In this document: positions 46,901-56,108 of the stretch, in pieces
Layout of the letters: every line of letters begins with the position of its first letter
Position numbering within the stretch: position 1 is the first letter of the stretch
Virus record (IMG/VR): IMGVR_UViG_3300042401_001867
Span: 1-60,482 of that record
Origin: a virus
Lineage: Duplodnaviria; Caudoviricetes
Strand: one strand, 5' to 3'
Length of the DNA stretch: 60,482 bases
The notes under the pieces: model-generated
The model's input: only the letters and a program-made list of their open reading frames with translations
Databases searched by the model: none
Told to the model about the DNA's origin: nothing
Position numbers and translations under genes: made by a program

Positions 46901-49900
46901 TGAGTTTTCGTATTCAGAATCTCTACGCGCTTCTTCCTCGTTAAGCATTTCGGCAATTTTTTCAATGTCCGTCTCTTGTTTGAACTTCTTTAGCCATTCG
47001 CGTCGGCCGTCTTCGTAGTCAAGAGTCCATTGCGCAAGGTCTGCTGGGGACTTGAAGCCTTCGGAACTTATACCCGATACATCCCAGTCAATCTCGTTGT
47101 CTTCGCCGACACCGTCCATGAACATCAACTCTGCGAACCATTCACCGGAATCATCTTGACTCATACTCCACTGATTAACGCCTCTGTCGCCGAGGGATGC
47201 GCTTGCTTCGTAGTAGTTCTTGTCTCCATCACGATACGGTCTTATCATCGCGAATCTGTCCAACACTTCGTCGTCTGGCATGCCAAGTTCGTCGGCGAGA
47301 GTTCTTGCTGAACCATCGATATTCCTTATATATTTATCTCTCGCCCCAGACGAAAGCGAAGGAGCGATACCCCCATATGAGGAGTCTCCATTCCCAGGGA
47401 GAACACCAGCCTCAGCAACTTTTTTGCCGAGTTTCTTACTCATCGATGGTGACTTGCTTATTGCAAAGTCGTGAGCTTTTTGTGCTTGCTCAAACGCGCT
47501 CTTTAGAGCATCTGGGTCTGACCTAAGTTTCTTCAACCATGAAGCAAGGTATTGAGCGTGGTCTTCTCTTGGCTCTGGAGTTAAGCCGTGTGCCGTCATA
47601 AAGAATGCCGAAGCTATTTCTGCAACGAGTTCTTCCTGTGCGTACTCAGGGCTTCCAAAGTCACCCAGGTGGTCTCTGTTTAGACGGTCCTTATGTCCAG
47701 TCCAGTGCATCAGCTCATGAGCAAAAACTGCGTAATAAGCTTCCTTGCTCTTGAAAGAGGAGAATGGAGGGAGCGTTATTTCGTCTGTAGACGGTCTATA
47801 GAACGCTCTGTCACCGACATGGTTGACTATTGCACCAACTTCCGAGAGTGCTTTTTCGAGTTCGTCAACGCGCTCTTCTTCTGAGAGTTGCGGCATCTTG
47901 AATTGCTCTTTGTCAATTCCTTCTATCTGGTCAAGGTTGAATACGTGTCCTGTTTTGAAGAAGACCGAACCTGACTTGACTTCATTTCCGTCGGCATCTT
48001 TCTTTGCAGGAATGATTGTCGGGATGATTATCATCGTTCCCTTTTCACCCTTGCGAACTGTTCCGCCCTTTTCTTTCCACTGGTTGAAACCAGCCCATAT
48101 TCCGGTTTCGTAATTCATTGCGTCTTTTCTGAACATCAACATCAGTGAGTTGATTCCAGAGTATGGACGATTGTTATTCATGGCGTTACGCGGAAGAGAA
48201 GCATCTCTGTGCCAAGGGAATTCCCACTTGCCACCTTCTGTCTCTGCTTTTTGAATTTGTTCGATGAGCTGCTCTTGGACGCTTCTATAAACTTCGTCCA
48301 ACTTTCCTGAAGACAAACGCTGTCCAGGATTCATATCTCCGATTGGGCTTACGTACTTCTTTTCCCCAGACCCAAGAACATCCCCACCCTGTCTTGATAA
48401 CCAATAGTTTGCTTCCTTGTCTTGGTCGCGCATTAATTGGAGGTGTGTTTGCTCTATACGTCTAACCTGTTCACGCGTCATGCCGAGCGCCTTGGCTGTT
48501 TCAGCAAGAGATTCCCCTCCCATGCGACGGTTATAGACCGCCTCATTGAAGGACAGTTCTGCTGCTTCTTCGGCAGCCATGCGTGCCTGGTCTTCTCTGT
48601 ACGCCTCAATGTCATCGAGGTCTAGATTCTGCTGCGCTCCGCGCTGACGGGAGATATGGCGCAACTCTGCTTGACGGACTTCCTGACGCTTCATACCGAG
48701 TGCAGCACCAGTTTCGGCAAGTGTCTCTCCACCCATGCGGCGTTCGAATATTTCTCTGTCGGAAATTATTTGTTGTTCTTTATTTATCTTTCTTCCCGAC
48801 GAAAGATTTCGTGACTGACGGTTGTCATAAAGAGTTTCCTGGTCATCTTGATACAGGGCTGTTGCGGCTCTGGCAAAGTTTGTACTGAAGTCGTCGCCAT
48901 CCTCTTTGTATTCAGACAGGTACTCGTTCTGGCGGGAGTCGTTGTCGTACCAGTTTTCAAGAACTCTTTTTGCTTCATTCTCGCTTGAACCGAAATCAAT
49001 CAGAGCACTCGTAAGCTCCCGCTCCGTTTCTCTGTAATAGGCTTCATCTTCTAGGCCATCATCGTCATCACCAGCATCTGGCAAGCCATCAGAACGACCA
49101 GAGGAAAGCTTGCTATCTTTGTTCAACTCGTCGTATAGGGGGCCTCCCTTTTTGTAATAGTCGTAGTCTGGGCTGGCCTCATATTCGGCTACTGCTTTCA
49201 AAAAGTTCCGCATGTCCTCTTCGGACATGGAGTCGTTTATTGCGCCACTGAGATTGTAATTGGTTTCATGTGTGTAGTATCCTGGCTCACTGTAATCAGA
49301 TTTCTCAACACTGTATTTAGTGTTCAGGTAGTCCCAAACATCGTCTTGGTCACCGTAACTAACTAATTCTTCGTACACCTCTCTTTGAAGGTCGCTATCC
49401 TGTGGACCGCGACTAATTCCTCTTGCTATGTATCCTCTCTCGGCAGAAAGTCCATCAATTTCTTTTAGGCGTTGAGCCAATATCTCTTCTCGGTTTGGTT
49501 TGTCCTTGCCGCCAGAAGAAAGACCAGGCTTTTTGTTTTGACGATTCTTTAGTATTGAGGAAACTTCCCCGACAAACCTATCGGCGCTTTGGTTGTTGTT
49601 GAAACGTCCAACCTTCTTTCCATCAATCTCTAGGTCGACGGACCCGTTTGGCGCGCTGCGCATGTTCACAGAAAGACCAGAGCCGTCACCATCTAGCGAT
49701 TCCGCAAAGGACCTCGGCGAAGGAGGTGGTTTTCTTTTTCCCGAAGAGAATATGCCATCATCAAAATCACTCTGGTTTCTTCTCACGCCTCTTTCAAGCC
49801 TGTCTCTGGACCTTTGTTCGTCCGACATAAAATTTGCGCGGTACTGTGCGTCGAATAGAGCTTGCTGCAAATTCTCAAGAAACGCAAGTTTGTTTTGACC

Positions 49901-52900
49901 TTCTATGGACTCATCCACGGACATATCATCAATCATTTCTTCAACAGAACTGTTTATCCATGGCATGTCTTCATTTGCTGAAGCCCATCTTTCAACCGAT
50001 GCATCTAGCTGATTGTCAAATTCCCATTCTTCATCATCCCATCCATCGAAGCCATTGAGGAGCTTTTGCAGACTCTCGTCTGCAGCATCCATCTCCTCCT
50101 TGTCGGAGAGTTTTCGACCGGAAGACAAATTGGTATTACGGTCTTCGGAACCAGAAGAAGGCCTTCTCTTGTTTATCTCTCTTTGCAACGCATCAAATAG
50201 AAGTTCTTCGCTTCCAACTATGTCGGCTACATCCTCAACACTGGAAGGTGGGCTGAACGCTTTGTCCTTATTTTCTTCTTCCAGAATTTCAATCGCTCTA
50301 TCATAAAGATTAATATAAGGAAGACCTTCCTCTATTTGCTCCATTGAAAGACCATCTTCATCCGAAACGCCCTCTTCGGGGTCAATGCCGTCTGCGATGC
50401 TTCCTTCCATATCTCTTATGAATTTGTATCTAATGAAATCGGCCAGCTCTTCATCGGTTATTTCTTTGTCTGGAGTATAAGAATTTCCTTCTTTACCCAA
50501 CCACACCAGTCTTTGACCAGCAACCCTCTCGCCAAACTGTTCTTGAACTTCAGGTGCAAAATATTGTTGTCCTCTAAATATTTCTTTAAGGATTGCTTTT
50601 TGTTCTTCTTTGTCCCCAGATTCAAGTGCAGATTCAAGTGCAGCAAGTCTCCTCTCACGTTTAGTGCTCGCACCAGAAGAAAGACGTGATGCGCCACGGT
50701 ATGGCACAAAAGGTTTATCGATAGATTCATCCAAGGCTCTAGAAATTGCCTCTGGGTTTCTTTCTTCTGCTATTCGCTCAACGGGTTTTTCTTTGTAATC
50801 ACTAAATCCTGCTGGTTCCGGCTTTCGACTCTCCAGCTCTCTTCTTATTTCTTTTAGGCGATTTGTATTTTTGTATTTGTCGTCGGCGCTTTCTGGGCGC
50901 TTCCTATTTTTCAACTCCCAATATTCGTTAACGAGGTCGTCTGTTTTGGCCAGAGAGTCGGATGAACCAAGGTCAATAGGCTTTTTGTCATCCTTCCTTG
51001 GGGCAGAGCTCAACTTATCGCTACTACGGCGAGGCTTGGGGGTGTCTCCAGCGGAGCCAATATTGCTTGTGCGGCTTCGAGACCCGCGTGACCCATTTCG
51101 AGATGTTCTGTCGACGACCCCCTGGAAATACCGAGAGGCTTCCTGATTGAGTTTTTCTTGGTCTTTGGCATACCACTCTTGGTATGTCAACTTTCCGCCA
51201 CTACGGCTGTAGTTTTTCCATCTTCTTTCTAGGTCCCTTCTTGCATCCCCAGCAGGAAGGCTGTCTGGTTTTCCTCCGCGGCCAAGGCCGGTTGGCATAA
51301 CGGCTTCTTGTATTGCACGCACCAAGTCTTCATTGTTGGTATTACGGTCTTCAGAACCAGAAGAAAGCTTGCCTGTAGTCCTTTTCGGAGCCTCTGGCTT
51401 CTTTCCGCCCGACGAGAGTGAATCACGACTCTTCCTTGGTGCAGGCTTTTGAACACCATCGAGGAGACCAATGTCGTTCAGGTACTCATTCAGGGTGGCG
51501 ATATCATCCTTCGCCCAGTCCTGTGTGTCTGGGTATTTGGCTTTAACGTCATCTTTTAATGCAGACTCAATTCCGTCCCAGTTATCTGAGTCATCCTTGC
51601 TGTGTGCGTCAAGGTAAGCGCTAACAGATTTTGCGTAACTTGAATACCAGTTGCTGTACTCCTGCGAGGCCCTTGCCTTTTCGTTAAATTTTACAGGGCG
51701 CTTCCTCACGGAGTCGCCATCCCACATGACACGTGCTTGGTTGACACCAATTTCGCGACCGCGAAGATAGTCAGAACTAAAATTCTTATCTGCGTTATAG
51801 CGAGGGACTTCTTCCCATCCAAGACCTTGGTCTTCCCATGCTTTGGCGATTGCTTCGTGGTCTATGCGCTTTTGATTTTCCTCGGCGTTTGGAAACTGCT
51901 TTTCCATGTCGGCGGAGCGGTCTGCGTGTCTACGCTCATTTCTCTTTCCGCTAGAAAGTTTTTCTTTTCCATCTGGCTTTTTAGCGTCAGCAAGTTGGCG
52001 CTTAGATGGTTTTGGGTTATCGATTGAACCAGGACCGCTTGGAGTTGGGTCTGGCTGTTCCCATCCAGGAACATTGTCAAACAGTGTTCCGTCGAGGTTG
52101 CTGTCTCTACGGGTACGTGGGTCAAGGTCGCCAGATGGTATTCCCATCCCGCGTCCACCACGGCGCTTCTTTCCGCCGATACTAGGTCTGTCAATAGCAC
52201 GACCAGCAATTCTGCGGCCGAGTGCTTTTTCTTCTATATCCTCAGAGGCTATTTTTTTTTTTAAAAAACTATAAGCAGAAGCCGTAGCAGTGCTGATGGC
52301 ATCCTTTGATTCCTGGCTTAGTGGGGAGTTGATTACAATCCCGTACTCATTAACGATGGTATCAATTCTGTGATAATCAAGAACTGGGTCAATTATTGAC
52401 TTGAACTCAAAAGCATCTTCAGGATTAACTGGGATGACATATGAGTACTCGTGCGCCAAGAATGGGTCGAGACCCTTCTCTTCGAGCTCGCGCTCCTCTG
52501 TGCCCCACTCATCGAGAGTCTTGTATGACTTGCGCTTCTTTCTGCGCTTCTTAACAAGATTTCTGAAGGTTCCAAGAATAAATTCACCAGGGTATTTGGC
52601 TTCAATATCTTCAATCATCTTGATTTCTTCATCATCAAGGATGTCGCTGTATTCTTTTTTGCCAAATCCGACCACAACTCCGTCTGGAATAATTGCAAAT
52701 CTGCACTTGCCTTCATCCTCCACCTTCAAGTCGAGAATCTTGCACTTGCCCTCACCTAGATAGAGGACACAATTCGAGCACTTAACGCCAATGTTTTTTA
52801 CTTTGTTTTCTGCTGGCGGATAATATCCAGCCCAGATTCCGTCACCATCTTCGTCAAACTTTCCATACTTGCCAGCAATACGAACAAGCGATTGGGCAAG

Positions 52901-53920
52901 CTCGCTTTCCTCTGCGCCAAGCTCTGGTTTCTTTTTGTCTTCAGAACCTTCATATTGAACGGGGGTCAACGGAACCATAATCATTCCACCATTACCTGGC
53001 TTCATGGCAACAGGCATTGACATCGCAGGATTATTTGTTGAAGGCTTGTTCGGCTTGCCCATGATTCCAGGCATTGGAGACGGACCAGATTGAATTGCCG
53101 GTTTTGGCTGTTCTGCATGAATTAGTTCTGGCTTACCAAACATGTACTCACTTCCAGTGAAGTGGTATCCAATTCTGAATTTTCCTTTTCCAGGCTTAAC
53201 AAAAACTACAGAATTCTCTGTCGCCTCAACAACCATTACTGGTCCTGCGGCACGGCGCGAAAGCTCTGCAACCACACCAGCAAGCTGTGGTCCACTGATT
53301 CTCTGTGACATACCTTCGTCGAAGATTCCATCTCGTCGTGGTTCCGGCGATGTCGGAGCACCCATTACCATAGGCATCATTCCGTGCATTTTCTCTTCGT
53401 CGCTCTTGACCGAGATTGTTCCAGTCAGTTGATTTGCGCCATGAAGAACAGGTGATACTTCGTAGAGTTCCACTTCGTAGAGGACGTTTGCTTGAAGGTT
53501 GTCATCGTATTGCGCTCTAAGGGTTTTGTACCCAATCGACCACTCTTGCTCTTCGCCAAAGAAAGCGACGTTTGCAAACGCTTCTTTGCCTTTTTCTGAC
53601 TGAAGGTTGAACTGCACCTTTGCGTACAGACCACCAATTCCAGCCATCTTCATCTTCATTGGGAGTCTTTGGTCCGATGCTGGGACTTCGTAAATTTCTA
53701 GAACTTTACCAATTGGGTCGTTCCAGTTGTGACCCCAGACAACGCGAGGCTTGCGGCGTTGAAGGCTCTTGGCGAATGCGCCAGTAGCACAGATGTCGCC
53801 AACGGAGTCTTTATTGCCAATTCCGGAAACGAAACATTCGACAATACCCTCTAGTTCATCTAGTTTGATGAGACCATTCGAGGCCTTGTATTGAATGTTT
53901 CCGAAGTTAGAGTTTGGCAT
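43970..53920 (-). CDS. HK97-family prohead protease fused to a ~2750-aa LSSG-punctuated modular array (ArdC, WYL, HTH and others)
   Basis: N terminus GNKDSVGD...GAF, WGHNWNDPIG, WSIGY, ELYEVSPV..GAN; 20 LSSG-type linkers; ArdC motifs YSGIN, VRKGEKG, VFNLDQ, HELMHW. Confidence 0.9.
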   Translation of the reverse strand: MPNSNFGNIQYKASNGLIKLDELEGIVECFVSGIGNKDSVGDICATGAFAKSLQRRKPRVVWGHNWNDPIGKVLEIYEVPASDQRLPMKMKMAGIGGLYAKVQFNLQSEKGKEAFANVAFFGEEQEWSIGYKTLRAQYDDNLQANVLYEVELYEVSPVLHGANQLTGTISVKSDEEKMHGMMPMVMGAPTSPEPRRDGIFDEGMSQRISGPQLAGVVAELSRRAAGPVMVVEATENSVVFVKPGKGKFRIGYHFTGSEYMFGKPELIHAEQPKPAIQSGPSPMPGIMGKPNKPSTNNPAMSMPVAMKPGNGGMIMVPLTPVQYEGSEDKKKPELGAEESELAQSLVRIAGKYGKFDEDGDGIWAGYYPPAENKVKNIGVKCSNCVLYLGEGKCKILDLKVEDEGKCRFAIIPDGVVVGFGKKEYSDILDDEEIKMIEDIEAKYPGEFILGTFRNLVKKRRKKRKSYKTLDEWGTEERELEEKGLDPFLAHEYSYVIPVNPEDAFEFKSIIDPVLDYHRIDTIVNEYGIVINSPLSQESKDAISTATASAYSFLKKKIASEDIEEKALGRRIAGRAIDRPSIGGKKRRGGRGMGIPSGDLDPRTRRDSNLDGTLFDNVPGWEQPDPTPSGPGSIDNPKPSKRQLADAKKPDGKEKLSSGKRNERRHADRSADMEKQFPNAEENQKRIDHEAIAKAWEDQGLGWEEVPRYNADKNFSSDYLRGREIGVNQARVMWDGDSVRKRPVKFNEKARASQEYSNWYSSYAKSVSAYLDAHSKDDSDNWDGIESALKDDVKAKYPDTQDWAKDDIATLNEYLNDIGLLDGVQKPAPRKSRDSLSSGGKKPEAPKRTTGKLSSGSEDRNTNNEDLVRAIQEAVMPTGLGRGGKPDSLPAGDARRDLERRWKNYSRSGGKLTYQEWYAKDQEKLNQEASRYFQGVVDRTSRNGSRGSRSRTSNIGSAGDTPKPRRSSDKLSSAPRKDDKKPIDLGSSDSLAKTDDLVNEYWELKNRKRPESADDKYKNTNRLKEIRRELESRKPEPAGFSDYKEKPVERIAEERNPEAISRALDESIDKPFVPYRGASRLSSGASTKRERRLAALESALESGDKEEQKAILKEIFRGQQYFAPEVQEQFGERVAGQRLVWLGKEGNSYTPDKEITDEELADFIRYKFIRDMEGSIADGIDPEEGVSDEDGLSMEQIEEGLPYINLYDRAIEILEEENKDKAFSPPSSVEDVADIVGSEELLFDALQREINKRRPSSGSEDRNTNLSSGRKLSDKEEMDAADESLQKLLNGFDGWDDEEWEFDNQLDASVERWASANEDMPWINSSVEEMIDDMSVDESIEGQNKLAFLENLQQALFDAQYRANFMSDEQRSRDRLERGVRRNQSDFDDGIFSSGKRKPPPSPRSFAESLDGDGSGLSVNMRSAPNGSVDLEIDGKKVGRFNNNQSADRFVGEVSSILKNRQNKKPGLSSGGKDKPNREEILAQRLKEIDGLSAERGYIARGISRGPQDSDLQREVYEELVSYGDQDDVWDYLNTKYSVEKSDYSEPGYYTHETNYNLSGAINDSMSEEDMRNFLKAVAEYEASPDYDYYKKGGPLYDELNKDSKLSSGRSDGLPDAGDDDDGLEDEAYYRETERELTSALIDFGSSENEAKRVLENWYDNDSRQNEYLSEYKEDGDDFSTNFARAATALYQDDQETLYDNRQSRNLSSGRKINKEQQIISDREIFERRMGGETLAETGAALGMKRQEVRQAELRHISRQRGAQQNLDLDDIEAYREDQARMAAEEAAELSFNEAVYNRRMGGESLAETAKALGMTREQVRRIEQTHLQLMRDQDKEANYWLSRQGGDVLGSGEKKYVSPIGDMNPGQRLSSGKLDEVYRSVQEQLIEQIQKAETEGGKWEFPWHRDASLPRNAMNNNRPYSGINSLMLMFRKDAMNYETGIWAGFNQWKEKGGTVRKGEKGTMIIIPTIIPAKKDADGNEVKSGSVFFKTGHVFNLDQIEGIDKEQFKMPQLSEEERVDELEKALSEVGAIVNHVGDRAFYRPSTDEITLPPFSSFKSKEAYYAVFAHELMHWTGHKDRLNRDHLGDFGSPEYAQEELVAEIASAFFMTAHGLTPEPREDHAQYLASWLKKLRSDPDALKSAFEQAQKAHDFAISKSPSMSKKLGKKVAEAGVLPGNGDSSYGGIAPSLSSGARDKYIRNIDGSARTLADELGMPDDEVLDRFAMIRPYRDGDKNYYEASASLGDRGVNQWSMSQDDSGEWFAELMFMDGVGEDNEIDWDVSGISSEGFKSPADLAQWTLDYEDGRREWLKKFKQETDIEKIAEMLNEEEARRDSEYENSKLISRERMDRREYVRMIAEIDESRLDWSPEDWADEANDIQAELSRDNSRFSSGARSRYDDKPVEEIRLVTDALKRTDEAGSNARYIALNLPMVSVEKYDFDAIRRNGEVVSFNYNGKPRMVYPTGMMAKKGGGVYFIGLDEESGQYRSFSLHKIEGIIDGADAPYNPTQPGVPQGAPRSSAQRTRNITSDRLSSGKVRPLDEVRKEIEDDARYESMVVQNAFGGTLGREGRGGSVQRIALEDHQEAVNSLDRLVALRNDLIRSLLDGKKVPADAYIFQIDQYANVSDEDFDLLTDIDDAIDAIHDQLSWREEQFSSLNDEIDEMKESIAKLESNFANPNRRGKVVDFESTMERHIQDADGDVEDALYWMKRDAESIIEALEGVDNAEDRSSPVSYEEQIAEIKKLIDSTDKDTSPEEFASSLKNFYYNAVNGLEKELTSLYDTQIDFENSGVNPDREDITGKPKDVFASRNLPGSDIVEGNVNDFLKPGNDPGLSSGRKKRTQGSKRRPMSDEDRQAFADGVRQRAATIPGKKKPAPSKDEFDVGGLGSGRFKFPDSTKRRRIGEQISAATSIKVGKLSENNDRSPDGKWMLDASKLKLILKDDNGEILDTTEIAALMGISKAEAEKLNAPGAAISEADVNTLVDRMFFNGADLGAADSAIEAIWGFDSKPYWYDYRRGNQLSREEYADYMDEGIAMYGILSPEGFEVTEQFVARETAKGGFGLSTLTDALGVKSIAEIAEALTFEVDGERITPTEDQIKKWKRSGIPTGVIEQLVESGVIPNAGDIFGEDGVEFDNSIKQFDLWKKVSDAIAKAGIKAKGSELDDVIGATKVQTRLKAFEKDGGVKFSKNVGKALRYNDDEVKEIVDRLNKKFGLDETVDSIKGGSSMSSGRRAARRISNTGNQATESLSSGRKNNGAPENITPRMQNELIGWAENARWSGFAQSVFSQFQSKGFLTPAQWTRLLQLSDNSRKQR
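50130..51365 (-). repeat. 30-bp dispersed direct repeat (50130-50159 and 51336-51365) encoding SSGSEDRNTN
   Basis: TTGGTATTACGGTCTTC[G/A]GAACCAGAAGAA, 29/30 identical. Confidence 0.9.
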
Positions 53921-54039
53921 AGCGCTCCTTGGTTCTAAACGATATTAGAGCAACAAAGAACACGCTCACAGCAAGTATCTCCATAAATTAAAATACTTTC
54001 AGTAAAAGAAATGGAAATCTGTTGTTTTACTGAAACTCG

Positions 54040-56106
54040 CTAAATGAACTGCCCGAACTTCCAAGCTCTTCTTGATTCATCCTCTGCTAATTCAAATCTT
54101 TGCTTAGCCATCAAGTTCGCATACATGCTCACGAGTGCTCCCCTAAACGAGGCAGCCCGTTCTTCTTCACCCATCACCGAAAGTGAATTGAACATAATAG
54201 AAGAGACATTGTTAAAATTCTCTATATTTATGTTCTTTATTCTTATCATTTGCGAATTTATCTGGGCATTTAGGTCGGACTGGTTCATGGTCTTGGCGGT
54301 CTTGTTCCCGTATGCGCTGTTGTAAGTATTGTAAGCGTCCTGGATAATCGCCGAAATAACAGGTCTAATATCCTCGTCCATCTGTTTGTCCCATACTTCA
54401 GGGGACAGGATTGAGTCTATTTCTAGCGTCCCAGCAAACAGTGATTTCTTGGCTTTTGAGCCGCCTGCCTTCTCTAGGACAACTCTCTGTTGTCTCTCGA
54501 CCACTCTCTCGATACTCCGATTGAGAATTTCATTCCACCTATCAAGCGACTCTGTGCTCTTGGATTGAAGTTCATCTTCTATGGATTTATACATCATTTC
54601 CCCAGTTGTCGCAGAAGCTGCCCCCGCTGGAACTGGCTCTGCAGTTGTCGCGACCGCAGCCAGTGCTTCTGGTGGGATTGTGCTTTGGGCGAGTTGGTCT
54701 GGACCTGCTGGCGCCGCTGGGGCTTGTGTTTCTGCAAGGGCCCCCTGCATTGTGTTCGGGTCAAGTGGTGGTTGACCCTCCATTCCAGGCATTGGGACCT
54801 CTGGCATCGGAGCCCCAGGGACCGGAGCGCCAGGAGCGCCACCCATTTCAACGGACGGCTTATCTTCCATTTTCTTCTTAGTGTTAGCAATAGGAATGAG
54901 GTTTGGATTCATGAGCAGTGAGTCGGCAAGGTCGGCTTCTACTTCTTTTCTTCCGGAGCCGGTTCGGTACTCGTTGTTACTGATGAGCCCAGATTGGAAT
55001 TCCTGCATCAGGTACCTCTCTCGCTCTTGTTTGTAGAGTTGGAGAATTGGCACTTCTCTTGTGTCAAAGTCAACGTAATACTCTTCATCCAGTTCGTCGA
55101 GCGAGCGAGCAAGTGGCTCTAGATGGGGGAGCATTGTCTCCATCCAGAAAACGCGTATTTCTTCGCTTGCATTGGAAAATGTTCTTCCTGCAGCATTGCC
55201 AATTACCGATTCTGGGACACCGAACGAAGCAAGAATTTCTTCCTTGGTAATTTGTCGCATTTGCGCGTAAGCGACATCTCTTGGTGAGGCAGAAGTGTCG
55301 ACGTAGTCAACTCCATCATCAGCGGAGATGACAGTTGTGTGTCCAGCCCTTCCGATGTTTCCACGGAACCTGCTCTTTAGCTCCTCTTTATCGTCGTCGT
55401 CAATTTCTCCACGAAGAACCAAAAGACCGCCTGGCCTTCCATCGTTTAGCAGGTAGTTCCTGTTGTAGAGCTTTGCAAGGTTTTCTATTTCAATAGCAAC
55501 ACCAGCAGACTCAAGTGGGGTTAGAGACAGGTATGGGTCTAGTGGGTGTGGTCGTCTAATCCAGCACACGTCCTCTGGCTTCATGATTACTTTTTGACCA
55601 TAAGGCATTTGAACTTCATATCCAGAAACAAACTTTTTTGCATCTGGTATTGGTGATGTTGATTGTGGAGGCAGAAGATTGAGTCCAATGATTCGTCCGT
55701 CCCTGCCACGAACCTTCTCAATGAATACACCACGAGTACCGAGCAGCAACTGTGCCGACATTCTGTATCTAAAAATAAACGAGTTTTCGCCAATGTTTGA
55801 TTTAGTGTTCAAAACCTCAAGCAAAGAATTGTTTTTCGCCTTATTGCCAATGAGTATTTCTCCAGTTGGAGAGTTGTCTTTTCGCAGGATGATTGGCAGA
55901 CGCGCCTGGTTTCCAGCAATTGCATCAATACATCTAGCCACCCACGTGACCTTCTGCATGCCTTCTCGGTATGCGCGCTCAACATCCCACGAGTCTCGAT
56001 ATGGTCTTCCTGCGTAGCTTGGATTCTGCGCTACGGGCGCGCCGGGTCCAAGCTCCTTGGACTGCGCATTTGCGAGTGATTTATTACTCGATTGATTCCA
56101 TGCCAT
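54040..56106 (-). CDS. portal protein (HK97 family) with Pro-rich linker and C-terminal extension
   Basis: WVARCIDAIA...LP, SLTPLESA, N.GRPGG, EILASFGVPESVIG, SNNEYR. Confidence 0.92.
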   Translation of the reverse strand: MAWNQSSNKSLANAQSKELGPGAPVAQNPSYAGRPYRDSWDVERAYREGMQKVTWVARCIDAIAGNQARLPIILRKDNSPTGEILIGNKAKNNSLLEVLNTKSNIGENSFIFRYRMSAQLLLGTRGVFIEKVRGRDGRIIGLNLLPPQSTSPIPDAKKFVSGYEVQMPYGQKVIMKPEDVCWIRRPHPLDPYLSLTPLESAGVAIEIENLAKLYNRNYLLNDGRPGGLLVLRGEIDDDDKEELKSRFRGNIGRAGHTTVISADDGVDYVDTSASPRDVAYAQMRQITKEEILASFGVPESVIGNAAGRTFSNASEEIRVFWMETMLPHLEPLARSLDELDEEYYVDFDTREVPILQLYKQERERYLMQEFQSGLISNNEYRTGSGRKEVEADLADSLLMNPNLIPIANTKKKMEDKPSVEMGGAPGAPVPGAPMPEVPMPGMEGQPPLDPNTMQGALAETQAPAAPAGPDQLAQSTIPPEALAAVATTAEPVPAGAASATTGEMMYKSIEDELQSKSTESLDRWNEILNRSIERVVERQQRVVLEKAGGSKAKKSLFAGTLEIDSILSPEVWDKQMDEDIRPVISAIIQDAYNTYNSAYGNKTAKTMNQSDLNAQINSQMIRIKNINIENFNNVSSIMFNSLSVMGEEERAASFRGALVSMYANLMAKQRFELAEDESRRAWKFGQFI

Positions 56107-56108
56107 AT

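Noticed and set aside
33708-53920. Inteins or introns explaining the giant ORFs
   Set aside because: I found no Hint-domain N-terminal block, His-Asn/Cys-Ser-Thr junction or LAGLIDADG motif, and the ORFs are uninterrupted.
33708-56106. Numerous 60-190 aa plus-strand ORFs
   Set aside because: Ser/Phe/Leu-rich antisense shadows of long minus-strand genes with no recognisable motifs.
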